Assembly (NCBI GenBank): GCA_963740085.1
Contig: CAVUCU010000001.1
Coordinates: forward strand, 768,001 to 832,000
Length of the DNA stretch: 64,000 nt
Direction of reading: 5' to 3'
From: Nitrospirota bacterium
Lineage (GTDB): Bacteria > Nitrospirota > UBA9217
Part shown: positions 1 through 10,310 of the stretch, piece after piece
How the letters are laid out: every line of letters begins with the position of its first letter
Numbering within the stretch: the stretch's first letter is position 1
Notes under the pieces: generated by a model
Told to the model about the DNA's origin: nothing
Seen by the model: only the letters and a program-made list of their open reading frames with translations
Databases searched by the model: none
Program-made: the position numbers and the translations under genes

Positions 1-2
1 GC

Positions 3-1508
3 ACTCCGTCACTTCACGATGTTGAAATGTCTGACGCGGTCCTTGTGCTCGGCGAAGACGTCTCAAACACCGCTCCCCTGCTTGACCTCGCGATCCGGCA
101 GGCGGTGAGAAACAAACCCAAAGAAAAGATAGCGGGAATGCGCATTCCTGAGTGGGACGCCAATGCCGTTCGCAATGCAATTCAGGAGGAGACCGGGCCG
201 CTCTATCTCGCTCACATCACGAGCACCAGGCTCGATGCTCTCGCGACGGGAACGTTTCATTCTGCCCCTGATGATTTGGCCAGACTCGGCTTCGCGATCG
301 CCCATGAACTGGATCCTGATGCCCCGTCCGTATCGGATCTTCGCGACGCGATCCGCGAACAGGCACAAATAATCGCCCAGGCGCTCAGGACCGCCAAGCG
401 TCCGCTCATCCTCTCCGGCACAAGCCTCGGAAACGGATCGGTCATCCAGGCCGCGGCGAACATCGCGTGGGCGCTTTGCGCGAGCGCGAAACCTGCGGAG
501 CTCTGTTATGTTGTTCCTGAATGCAACAGTATTGGCGCAGGCTTGATGGGTGGAAAGAATTTGAATGAATTCTTTAACGTTCCCGCTCACCCGGCAGGTA
601 AAAGAGGAACCAAGGCCGACACCATCATCATCCTTGAAAATGACCTCTACCGAAGGGATGAGGCGAAAATCGTTGATGACTTGCTGGACCGTGCGAAGAA
701 CGTCATTGTCATTGACCATCTCATCAATCCCACATCATCGAGAGCGGATATAGCACTTTCCGCCGCTACGTTTGCCGAATCCACAGGTACACTCATAAAC
801 AATGAAGGCCGCGCACAACGATTTTATCAGGTCTTCGTGCCGCAGGGTGATATTCAGGAAAGCTGGAAATGGATCAATGATATAATGAAAGCGCTCGGGA
901 AGTCGAGAGTAGATAGATGGCAATCACTTGACAACCTGATAAACGACATGGTCTCAGCTGTGCCGATATTCTCCCCGGTCAAGTACTGCGCGCCAACCGC
1001 TGATTTTAGAATAACCGGCCAAAAGATCCCTCGTCAGCCGCATCGATACAGCGGCCGCACGGCCATGCTCGCGAATGTAAGCTTGCATGAACCCAAACCG
1101 CCTTCTGACATTGATTCTCCTCTCTCCTTTTCCATGGAGGGATACCAGGACGAGCCGCCTGCGCCGTTGATCTCACGCTACTGGTCTCCAGGATGGAATT
1201 CCGTCCAGGCGCTGAACAAGTTCCAGCAGGAAGTCGGCGGGCCTCTCAAGGGTGGAGATCCTGGAAAAAGACTGATCGAGCCATGCGCCTTTCCATTAAA
1301 ACCCCCTCTACCCTCCGGGGAGAGGGCGGGAGCGGCGGGCATGATCACCTATTTCCAGAATATACCCGGGGCCGTTAAACCCAGAGACAACGGACAACTG
1401 TCTATGCCTCTCTACCACTGCTTCGGCTCGGAAGAATTGAGTGGTTATTCGCCGCCGATCGTAGAAAGGGCAACGTTAATCAATTCAGCGAAGCGAGAGA
1501 AACAATGA
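3..1508 (+). CDS. nuoG: NADH-quinone oxidoreductase subunit G, C-terminal part (5' end outside window)
   Basis: Molybdopterin-oxidoreductase-like motifs ([48 protein letters not shown]); frame open from window edge; directly precedes nuoH. Confidence 0.93.
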   Translation, partial: TPSLHDVEMSDAVLVLGEDVSNTAPLLDLAIRQAVRNKPKEKIAGMRIPEWDANAVRNAIQEETGPLYLAHITSTRLDALATGTFHSAPDDLARLGFAIAHELDPDAPSVSDLRDAIREQAQIIAQALRTAKRPLILSGTSLGNGSVIQAAANIAWALCASAKPAELCYVVPECNSIGAGLMGGKNLNEFFNVPAHPAGKRGTKADTIIILENDLYRRDEAKIVDDLLDRAKNVIVIDHLINPTSSRADIALSAATFAESTGTLINNEGRAQRFYQVFVPQGDIQESWKWINDIMKALGKSRVDRWQSLDNLINDMVSAVPIFSPVKYCAPTADFRITGQKIPRQPHRYSGRTAMLANVSLHEPKPPSDIDSPLSFSMEGYQDEPPAPLISRYWSPGWNSVQALNKFQQEVGGPLKGGDPGKRLIEPCAFPLKPPLPSGERAGAAGMITYFQNIPGAVKPRDNGQLSMPLYHCFGSEELSGYSPPIVERATLINSAKREKQ

Positions 1509-2461
1509 CCGATACTCTCCGACATGTCATAACGCTCTTCGGCATCCTCTTTGCGGTGCTGACGGTAGGCGCGAACCTCATCTGGCTCGAGCGGCGGCTG
1601 TTGGCGTTGTGGCAGGACCGGTACGGCCCGAACCGCGTGGGACCGTTCGGCCTGCTGCAGGTGGTGGCGGACTCGATCAAGATGTTCGCCAAGGAAGACT
1701 GGATACCGCCCTTCGCGGACAAGGCCGTGTTCATCATCGCGCCCGCGGTGATCATGGTGGTCGTGCTCATGTCCTTCACGGTCATCCCCTTCGCGCCGGG
1801 TATCGAGGTCGTCGACCTGAACATCGGTCTGCTCTTCTTTCTCGCCATGTCGTCCATGGGTGTATACAGCGTGGCGCTGGCTGGCTGGGCATCGAACAGT
1901 AAATATTCTCTCCTGGGCGGACTGCGCTCGATCGCGCAAATGCTGAGCTACGAGGTCTTCATGGGCCTTTCCCTCATGGGAGTGGTGATGCTCGCGGGAT
2001 CGTTCAATCTGCGCGAGATCGTGGCGGCTCAGCGCGATGGGTGGTTCATCCTGCCGCAGTTCATCGGTTTCGTCGTCTTCTTCATCGCAGGCATTGCAGA
2101 GACGCACCGCCTGCCCTTTGACCTTCCCGAGGCCGAGAGCGAACTGGTGGCGGGGTTCCATTCGGAATACTCGGGAATGAAGTTCGGCATGTTCTTCGTG
2201 GGTGAATATCTCGCGATCACGCTCATCTCCGCGCTCACGGTGACGCTGTTCTTTGGAGGATGGATGGGGCCGCTGCTGCCGCCCGTGGCCTGGTTCTTGA
2301 TCAAGACGTTCGTGTTCATCTGTTTCTTCATCCTCCTTCGGGCATCGCTGCCCAGGCCGCGGTATGATCAGCTGATGTCGTTCGGGTGGAAGGTAATGCT
2401 GCCGCTGTCGCTGGTGAACCTGGTGGTGACGGGGGCGGTTATTTTGCTCAGAAAACCTTAG
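1505..2461 (+). CDS. nuoH: NADH-quinone oxidoreductase subunit H
   Basis: [21 protein letters not shown] and [15 protein letters not shown] motifs; multi-pass membrane protein. Confidence 0.97.
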   Translation: MTDTLRHVITLFGILFAVLTVGANLIWLERRLLALWQDRYGPNRVGPFGLLQVVADSIKMFAKEDWIPPFADKAVFIIAPAVIMVVVLMSFTVIPFAPGIEVVDLNIGLLFFLAMSSMGVYSVALAGWASNSKYSLLGGLRSIAQMLSYEVFMGLSLMGVVMLAGSFNLREIVAAQRDGWFILPQFIGFVVFFIAGIAETHRLPFDLPEAESELVAGFHSEYSGMKFGMFFVGEYLAITLISALTVTLFFGGWMGPLLPPVAWFLIKTFVFICFFILLRASLPRPRYDQLMSFGWKVMLPLSLVNLVVTGAVILLRKP

Positions 2462-2590
2462 ACACTGATAAAGGCGGATAAATAACGGAAGAGGCGGGAT
2501 AATATCGACACCTTGATATTAAATCCAAGGCCGCATCCGATTTTATCATAGGCTTCTATCCGCTTCTTCCGTGTCAAAGAATTTGATTCT

Positions 2591-3106
2591 ATGATCAGTA
2601 TCCTCAAAACGATCTATACGGTCTTCATGACCATGTTCCGGAAGCGGGCGACGATCCAGTATCCTGAGGAGCGGCCCTCGATTCCTCCCCGGTGGCGCGG
2701 CCGGATCATTCTTTCCCGAGATCCCGATGGACAGGAACGGTGCGTTGCGTGCTACCTCTGCGCAGCAGCATGCCCGGTGGACTGTATCGCACTCCAGGCT
2801 ACGGAGGATGAGCACGGACGACGCTACCCGGAGTTCTTCAGGATCAATTTCTCGCGCTGCATCTTCTGCGGCTTTTGCGAGGAGGCGTGCCCCACCTATG
2901 CGATCCAGCTCACACCGGATTTTGAGATGGGGGAATATGTGCGGCAGAACCTTGTATACGAAAAAGAGGACCTCCTCATCAGCGGACCGGGCAAGTATCC
3001 TGATTACAACTTCTACCGGGTCGCCGGGCTGTCGATCAAAGGAAAGGACAAGGGCGAAGCGGAGAACGAAGAACAACCGGTAGATGTAAAAAGTCTGCTG
3101 CCGTAA
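2591..3106 (+). CDS. nuoI: NADH-quinone oxidoreductase subunit I
   Basis: Two CxxCxxCxxxCP [4Fe-4S] motifs; TIQYPEE motif. Confidence 0.97.
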   Translation: MISILKTIYTVFMTMFRKRATIQYPEERPSIPPRWRGRIILSRDPDGQERCVACYLCAAACPVDCIALQATEDEHGRRYPEFFRINFSRCIFCGFCEEACPTYAIQLTPDFEMGEYVRQNLVYEKEDLLISGPGKYPDYNFYRVAGLSIKGKDKGEAENEEQPVDVKSLLP

Positions 3107-3223
3107 GGGGAGACCGAAGGTGCGGATGAAAACCGGATAACGGCGGATTTAAAACCGGGATTAATCATGCCTCTTCATAGATTCTAATCGTGCCTCTTCC
3201 GTGTCAAGGATTTATTGATCACT

Positions 3224-3718
3224 ATGAATCTATTATTTTATATATCTGCTCTTATCGCCGTCTTCTCGACCTTCATGGTCATCACCAGGACGAACACGGT
3301 GCATGCCTTATTGTACCTCATCGTTTCGCTTCTGGCAGTTGCAATGATCTTTTTTGTCCTCGGCGCTCCATTTGTTGCGGCCCTTGAGGTCATCATCTAT
3401 GCCGGCGCGATCATGGTGCTGTTTATCTTTGTGATCATGATGCTGAATCTGGGCGGAGCACATGCAAAAGAGGAGGCGCAGCTTCTCTCCCCGGGTATCT
3501 GGAGAGGGCCTGCGATCCTGTGTGTATTCCTTGCAGCGGAGTTGATCTCTCTGTTCACCATGGAACGGGCAAGGATCTCCGCCGTTGTGGAGATAGCACC
3601 CAAGCAGGTGGGCATTGCGCTGCTCGGCCCCTATGTGCTGGGTGTGGAGCTGGCGTCCATGCTGCTCCTGGCGGGACTGGTCGGGGCATATCATCTCGGC
3701 AGGCCGCATAAGCATTGA
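3224..3718 (+). CDS. nuoJ: NADH-quinone oxidoreductase subunit J
   Basis: EVIIYAGAIMVLFIFVIMMLN motif; operon position. Confidence 0.95.
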   Translation: MNLLFYISALIAVFSTFMVITRTNTVHALLYLIVSLLAVAMIFFVLGAPFVAALEVIIYAGAIMVLFIFVIMMLNLGGAHAKEEAQLLSPGIWRGPAILCVFLAAELISLFTMERARISAVVEIAPKQVGIALLGPYVLGVELASMLLLAGLVGAYHLGRPHKH

Positions 3719-3879
3719 TTGGTGCGGACGAGGGAGGCAGGACGAGAGATCCATGATATAGGAAATAAGGTCTTTTGCGTCCATCGTCCCAGTGAGCGAA
3801 GCGAGCGGTCGTCTATCGTCCGTCATTCAGCTCGTGCGAACGATGTCTCTCGTCCTTCGGTATTATTTAAGGGGTACCA

Positions 3880-4191
3880 ATGATCCAGAACATTCCCATG
3901 GAGCACGGTCTTATTCTTGCCGCCGTCCTGTTCGTTCTCGGACTCATCGGGGTACTGGCGCGCAGAAATATCGTGTTCATGCTCATGTCCGTTGAGATCA
4001 TGCTGAACGCAGTGGGCCTTGCCTTTGTGGTCGCCGGCGCTCGCTGGAACCAGGTCGACGGACAGGTCATGTTCATTTTTATTCTTACCATGGCAGCAGC
4101 GGAAGTTTCCGTCGGTCTTGCTCTGGTACTTCAGCTCTATCATAGCTTCAAGACGCTGGATACTGATGTTGTAAGCAGGATGAAAGGATAG
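3880..4191 (+). CDS. nuoK: NADH-quinone oxidoreductase subunit K
   Basis: [17 protein letters not shown] and [11 protein letters not shown] motifs. Confidence 0.96.
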   Translation: MIQNIPMEHGLILAAVLFVLGLIGVLARRNIVFMLMSVEIMLNAVGLAFVVAGARWNQVDGQVMFIFILTMAAAEVSVGLALVLQLYHSFKTLDTDVVSRMKG

Positions 4192-4237
4192 CGGTTTTTT
4201 CGTTTATCTTTCAGCGCCGCACTTTGAGATCAAAACT

Positions 4238-6130
4238 ATGAACGATTTTATTTACTTGATACCCGCCCTGCCTCTTGCCGGAGCCCTTGTCCTGGCGCTG
4301 GTGGGCCGCCGGCTTTCGAAGAGAACCATTGCCTTCGTTGGCGCCGGCTCAGTGGGCATCTCTGCGCTCCTGTCTGTCGTAATGGCGATCGAGTTCATGG
4401 GCAGTCCGCCGGAGGGCCGCGCTCTTACCCAGAAGCTCTGGACCTGGATGCAGTTCGGCAGCTATGCACAAGCGATCTCATTCTCTCTTGACCCTCTCTC
4501 GCTTATCATGATATTGATCGTCACCATTGTGGGTTTTTTCATTCACCTCTATTCAACGGAATACATGACCGACGACGAGGGCTACAGCCGCTTCTTCGCA
4601 TATATGAACCTCTTCGTTGGTTCGATGCTTATCCTCGTTCTTGCCGACAACCTGTTGCTCCTGTACCTCGGATGGGAAGGTGTCGGTCTTTGCAGCTACC
4701 TCCTGATCGGGTTCTGGTATACAAACCCTGCAAACGGCCGCGCTGCGCGCAAAGCCTTCATCGTGACGCGCGTCGGCGATACCGCCATGGCCCTTGGCCT
4801 TTTCCTCCTGTTCACGAACCTCGGCACGCTGAATATTCAGGAGCTGATGACCCTCGCCCCGAAACAATGGCCTGTTGGTTCTGAAACCGCGGTCCTCGCA
4901 GCAGCCCTTCTGCTCGGCGGCGCTCTCGGAAAATCCGCCCAGCTTCCCTTCCAGGTATGGCTGCCCGATGCCATGGCCGGCCCGACACCGGTCAGCGCCC
5001 TGATCCACGCCGCGACCATGGTCACCGCAGGCGTCTATCTCATTGCACGAACCCATGTCCTGTTCGAGCTTGCTCCCGCTGTACAGTCAGCGGTGGCAAT
5101 AATCGGAGCGGCCACGCTTCTGATCGCAGGATTCAGCGCCATCGCACAAAAAGACATCAAGCGCGTTCTCGCCTACTCGACAATCAGCCAGCTCGGATAC
5201 ATGTTCCTGGCCCTCGGCGTGGGCGCCTGGTCCGCTGCCATCTTTCACCTGATGACTCATGCGTTCTTCAAGGCGCTCCTGTTCCTCGGCGCTGGCGTGG
5301 TGATCCTTGCCCAGCACCACGAACAGGACATGTTCAGGATGGGCGGCCTGAAAGACAAACTTCCCGTCACTTTCTGGACATTCCTTATCGGCTCGGCTTC
5401 GTTGTCCGCCCTGCCGCTCGTGACCGCCGGCTTCTATAGCAAGGACCTGATCCTGTGGAAGGCATGGTCATCCGGATCCGGAGGCGCCGTTTTGTGGGCC
5501 GCCGGGCTCTTTGGCGCATTAATCACCTCGATCTACACGTTCCGCATGGTCTTCCTCACCTTCTTTGGCGAATCAAAAACACCGGTAAGCCGCAAGCCGG
5601 GGGCAAGGATGCTCACGCCGCTCATCGTCCTTGCCGTGCTCTCGATCGTCGGCGGGTTTGTAAATCCGCCGGAAACGCTTGGGAGTAAACCCTGGTTCTC
5701 CGACTTCCTGCAAAAAGTGTTGAATGAAACCAGGCCTGGGTCTGTCGGCTCTGAAGGCATGCTCCAGTACATCGCGTCGTTAGTTTCAATTGCAGGTATT
5801 TTCATCGCCTGGCTGTTCTTCGTTGGCCATCCGCCCTACGCTGACCTGATAGGTCATGGACGGGTATTCGAATCGATCAGAAAGTTCTGGCTTGCCGGAT
5901 GGGACTTCGATGCGATGTACGATCGCCTTTTTGTCCGGCCATTTGTGCGTCTCGCAGAGATCAATAAGCGTGATTTTATCGATTCAGGATATACCGCCAT
6001 TGCTTCCATCAATCGCCTGCTGAGCGCCATGTTGGGTAAGACCCAGACCGGCAACATCCGGTGGTATGCGATGGGGATGGTCGTGGGTGCGGTTGTTTTT
6101 TTGGGGATAGTGATGCTATTAGCACCTTAA
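4238..6130 (+). CDS. nuoL: NADH-quinone oxidoreductase subunit L
   Basis: GWEGVGLCSYLLIGFW, KSAQLP, WLPDAMAGPTPVSALIHAATMV and HAFFKALLFL motifs. Confidence 0.97.
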   Translation: MNDFIYLIPALPLAGALVLALVGRRLSKRTIAFVGAGSVGISALLSVVMAIEFMGSPPEGRALTQKLWTWMQFGSYAQAISFSLDPLSLIMILIVTIVGFFIHLYSTEYMTDDEGYSRFFAYMNLFVGSMLILVLADNLLLLYLGWEGVGLCSYLLIGFWYTNPANGRAARKAFIVTRVGDTAMALGLFLLFTNLGTLNIQELMTLAPKQWPVGSETAVLAAALLLGGALGKSAQLPFQVWLPDAMAGPTPVSALIHAATMVTAGVYLIARTHVLFELAPAVQSAVAIIGAATLLIAGFSAIAQKDIKRVLAYSTISQLGYMFLALGVGAWSAAIFHLMTHAFFKALLFLGAGVVILAQHHEQDMFRMGGLKDKLPVTFWTFLIGSASLSALPLVTAGFYSKDLILWKAWSSGSGGAVLWAAGLFGALITSIYTFRMVFLTFFGESKTPVSRKPGARMLTPLIVLAVLSIVGGFVNPPETLGSKPWFSDFLQKVLNETRPGSVGSEGMLQYIASLVSIAGIFIAWLFFVGHPPYADLIGHGRVFESIRKFWLAGWDFDAMYDRLFVRPFVRLAEINKRDFIDSGYTAIASINRLLSAMLGKTQTGNIRWYAMGMVVGAVVFLGIVMLLAP

Positions 6131-6239
6131 CAAATCTTTACCGCCAGGACGCAAAGGTCGCGAAGGAATGCTTAAATAAACCTCGCGCTCTTCGCGCCTT
6201 CGCGGTTCAGGTAGTTCTGGTATAAGAAGGAACTTGTTT

Positions 6240-7752
6240 ATGCTCCTCATCTTGCTCATCATCATACCGCTGATCGGCGGACTGGTCGCCTGGATTTTCG
6301 GAAAACGGAACAGCGCTCTGTCCCGGTGGATATCCCTCGTCGCGCTCGTTATCGACGCCGTCGTGCTGATATCGTTCTGGTCTAACTCCGCAATCCATCT
6401 CGACCTCAGCCGCGGCGCGTGGCTGCTCGAAGTAAACGAACCGTGGATCCCCCAACTCGGGATCGGTCTTCACCTTGCGATGGACGGGCTAAGCCTCGTG
6501 CTCGTCGCGCTCACGGTATTCCTCGGCATCGTTTCCGTACTCTGCTCATGGACAGAGGTCCGCAGTCGCATCGGGTTCTTCCACATGAACCTGCTCTGGA
6601 TCCTCTCGGGGATCCTCGGCGTGTTCTTGTCCCTGGACCTGTTCCTTTTCTACTTCTTCTGGGAACTGATGCTCATCCCCATGTATTTTCTGATCAACAT
6701 CTGGGGGCACGAGCAACCGCGTTTACGCGTCGCTCAAGTTCATGATCTTCACCCAGGCCGGCGGCCTGCTGATGTTCCTTTCCATTCTCAGCCTCTATTT
6801 TATCCACGGCAGGGCAACCGGCATTTATACATTCGATTACCCGCTGCTTCTTGGCACCGCCATGTCTTCCCGGGCAGCGTTCTGGATCATGCTCGGATTT
6901 GTCATCGCCTTTATTGTAAAGCTGCCGGTCGTCCCGTTCCATCCCTGGCTGGCGGATGCCCACACCGAGGCGCCGACCGCCGGAAGCGTGGTCCTTGCCG
7001 GGCTCCTGCTTAAGACCGGGGCCTACGGACTTCTGCGCTTCGTGCTTCCGCTCTTTCCCGATGCCGTTGCAACCATCGGGCAGGTCATGCTGGTCCTGGG
7101 CGTCATCGGCATCATCTATGGCGCTGTGCTCGCCTTTGGCCAAACCGATCTGAAGCGGCTCGTTGCGTATACCAGCGTAAGTCATATGGGCTTCGTGCTC
7201 ATCGGCATCTTCGCCGGGAGCCAGATAGCCCTCTCCGGGGCGATCGTGCAGATGGTTGCCCACGGCATCAGCACGGGCGCGCTGTTCATCATCGTCGGCA
7301 TGATCCAGGATCGCGTTCATACCCGCGAGATAGGCAGCATGGGCGGGTTCTGGTCAGCAGCGCCGCGACTGAGCGGTGTGGGCCTCGTCTTTGCCCTGGC
7401 CTCGCTCGGCCTGCCTGGTTTCGGCAATTTCGTTGCCGAGTTCATGGTGCTGCTCGGATCATACCGAATGCACCCGGTGATCGCCGCGCTCGCTGCGAGC
7501 GGTCTTGTCCTGTCTGCGATCTACTCGCTCTGGATCGTCCAGAACGTGTTCCACGGCAGGAAGCAGGAAGGTCTGAAGCTGGCTGACCTTTCTTCACGCG
7601 AGACCGGCATGATGGCGGTGATGGTCCTCGCGATACTCTGGCTTGGCCTCTATCCGCGTCCTGTTCTGGATACAGTCGAACCGTTCGTGAACAGTATTCA
7701 ACAGTGTACTTCGCAAGATGGAGCGACATCGGGCCGGGGAGGCGAAAAATGA
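6240..7752 (+). pseudogene. nuoM: NADH-quinone oxidoreductase subunit M, split by a +1 frameshift near 6714 (may be a sequencing error)
   Basis: ORF 6234 carries FFWELMLIPMYFL and ORF 6742 carries HPWLADAHTEAPTAGSV; removing one base in GAGCAACCGC restores WGHE-NRVYASLKFMIF. Confidence 0.9.
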
Positions 7753-9194
7753 ATATCACAGACCTGACCGCCCTTGCGCCATTCATCATTATGGCGACTA
7801 CCGCAGTCGTGGTCATGCTGGCCATCGCCTTTTACCGGAACCACAAGCTCACCGTCATCCTCACGTTATCGGGATTAGTCCTCTCAGCGGCAAGCTTGTC
7901 CTCTATAGCATGCCTGGTCCCTCGCATGGTGACACCGCTTCTCATCATCGACCGACTACGCCCTTTTTTATATCGGTCTTATCATGGCGGCAGGCTTCTT
8001 CGTGGCCGCGCTTGCTTACTCCTATCTGGAGGAACATGTAGGCCATAAAGAGGAATTTTATCTCCTGCTGATCATCGCCACGCTCGGCTGCTCCGTGCTC
8101 GCCGCGGCAGATCATTTTGCCTCCTTCTTCCTCGGCATCGAACTGTTGAGCGTGTCACTCTACGCCCTTGCGGCCTATCTCAGGCACAGCGACCGTGGCA
8201 TCGAGGCCGGCATCAAGTATCTTATCCTGGCTGCGGTCTCGTCAGCATTCATCCTGTTCGGCATGGCGCTTGTATATGCCGAGACCGGCAGCATGGCATT
8301 CAGCAGGATCGCTGAATTCGCGAGCAGGCTCACGCGGACTGATTTTTCTTTCCGGCATCGTCATGATCCTCGTCGGAGTGGGGTTCAAGCTCGCCGTGGT
8401 CCCCTTTCATCTATGGACGCCCGATGTGTACGAAGGCGCGCCTGCCCCGGTAACGGCATTCATCGCCACGGCGTCCAAAGGCGCGGTATTCGCGCTCGTG
8501 CTTCGTTACTTCACGCTGATCGATATCCACGCTCATCCTTCCCTGTTTGCGATATTCACGATCATTGCCGTCGCATCCATGTTCACCGGCAATCTCCTCG
8601 CTCTGTTCCAGACAAATGTGAAACGTATCCTTGCGTACTCATCGATCTCTCATCTGGGCTATCTGCTCGTAACAATGCTGGCGAGCGGCCCCCTCGGACC
8701 AACTGCGGCTGCGTTTTATCTGACGGCGTATTTCATTACAACGCTCGGCGCCTTCGGCGTGGTGACCGTTCTTTCTGAACAGGACCGCGATGCCGACCGC
8801 ATGAATGATTATCAGGGGCTTGCATGGAGAAGACCATGGCTTGCAGGTGTCTTTACCCTCATGTTGTTCTCGCTTGCGGGCATCCCCTTGACAGCCGGGT
8901 TTGTGGGGAAATTTTACATCATCGCGGCAGGCGTGGGTTCGTCCCTCTGGCTTGTGATCATCATCATGGTCATCAACAGCGTCATCGGGCTCTTTTACTA
9001 TCTGCGGATCATCGTTGCGATGTTCTCCCACTCGGAGAAATGAAGATACAATACCTGTCAGGCATTCACGTTCCGGCAACGTGGTCCTCGCCGTGCTCGC
9101 TATCCTGCTCATCTGGCTTGGCGTGTATCCGGGGCCAGTGATCGACATGATCAGGAGAGGCAATGATTCATTAGACGAGATGAACAGTCTGTAA
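7749..9194 (+). pseudogene. nuoN: NADH-quinone oxidoreductase subunit N, split by three +1 frameshifts (~7955, ~8325, ~9040; may be errors)
   Basis: Consecutive frames give [55 protein letters not shown] and finally LLIWLGVYPGP...TAA at 9192. Confidence 0.88.
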
Positions 9195-9302
9195 TTCACG
9201 TAAAGCATCGCGAAACCCGACGCATTGAGGACTGTATATTTGATAAAAGTCGGGTTTCACTGAGCTCAACCCAACCTGCCACTCTATAAAAAAGGAAATG
9301 TC

Positions 9303-9878
9303 GTGAAGGCCACCTTGAAACCCGGGATCGAGTATGAGCATAAGTTTATTGTTTCTCGGACAAAAACGGTGCCGGCGCTTTATCCTGAATCAGAAGAATT
9401 TCTGGCAATGCCTATAGTCTTTGCTACCGGGTATATGGTAGGTTTAGTGGAATGGGCTTGTATTCGCGCTATAAATAGACATTTAGATTGGCCGGAAGAA
9501 CAGACGGTAGGAACGCATATTGACATAAGTCATATCGCAGCAACGCCGCCTGGTATGGAGGTAACCGTTAAAGTGAAATTGATTTCGGTTGATGGTCGAA
9601 AACTGATTTTTGAAGTAGAAGCACATGATGAATTGGATCTTATATCAAAAGGGCGGCATGAACGATTTGTTATAAATAAGGCAAAGTTTGATGCAAAGAT
9701 GAAAGAGAAGGCGCAACGATATCAGCACCTAGCCAGGCAAAGCGACCGTACGTTTGTGCCGGCATGTGATTTCGACGCTAGCCGAATAAGGAGAACTGCA
9801 AATGGCAAAAATTGGCATTTTGACTTGCTCAAATGCTACTCTGGATCTCGGATGCTCATCGGTGAGCTGCCTCTCTGA
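9303..9878 (+). CDS. FlK-like (fluoroacetyl-CoA) hot-dog thioesterase; true end probably near 9732
   Basis: VFATGYMVGLVEWAC, TVGTHIDISHIAATPPG and GRHERFVI motifs; the tail overlapping the next gene looks non-homologous. Confidence 0.85.
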   Translation: MKATLKPGIEYEHKFIVSRTKTVPALYPESEEFLAMPIVFATGYMVGLVEWACIRAINRHLDWPEEQTVGTHIDISHIAATPPGMEVTVKVKLISVDGRKLIFEVEAHDELDLISKGRHERFVINKAKFDAKMKEKAQRYQHLARQSDRTFVPACDFDASRIRRTANGKNWHFDLLKCYSGSRMLIGELPL

Positions 9879-10239
9879 TTTTCGAAAGCGAAAAGGAACA
9901 TTCGCCGAATATCCTGAGAATGAAAAGCTCACTTTAGCCGGTATCATCAATTGTCCCGGCTGCCCGACGCTTACCGGCCCGGACAAGTTGATCGAAAGAA
10001 TCCGCGCGTTGACTGCTTTTGGGGTTGATACGATTCATTTTTCTTATTGCGCGAAAGCGCTTTGTCCGTTCAAGGATAAATACAAGAATGCGCTAGAAGA
10101 ATCATTTCCAAATATCAGGATCGTGATCGGAACACACGAAGAACACGTTACACCGGAAGAGTTTCGCCGACGAGTTAAGAAGCTATTCCGCCAACCGCGG
10201 AAAACCATGGTTGATATTATTTTGAACAAGGACGAATAG
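9802..10239 (+). CDS. CGGC-domain protein
   Basis: KIGILTC...C...C...IINCPGCP...IHFSYC...CP...GTH pattern; GGAG RBS. Confidence 0.82.
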   Translation: MAKIGILTCSNATLDLGCSSVSCLSDFRKRKGTFAEYPENEKLTLAGIINCPGCPTLTGPDKLIERIRALTAFGVDTIHFSYCAKALCPFKDKYKNALEESFPNIRIVIGTHEEHVTPEEFRRRVKKLFRQPRKTMVDIILNKDE

Positions 10240-10310
10240 TTTCGTCGGAAGGGTTGAGCAAAGCGAAATCCGACGAGATAGATCGTATCGTCTTTCAACG
10301 AAGAAGTTTG

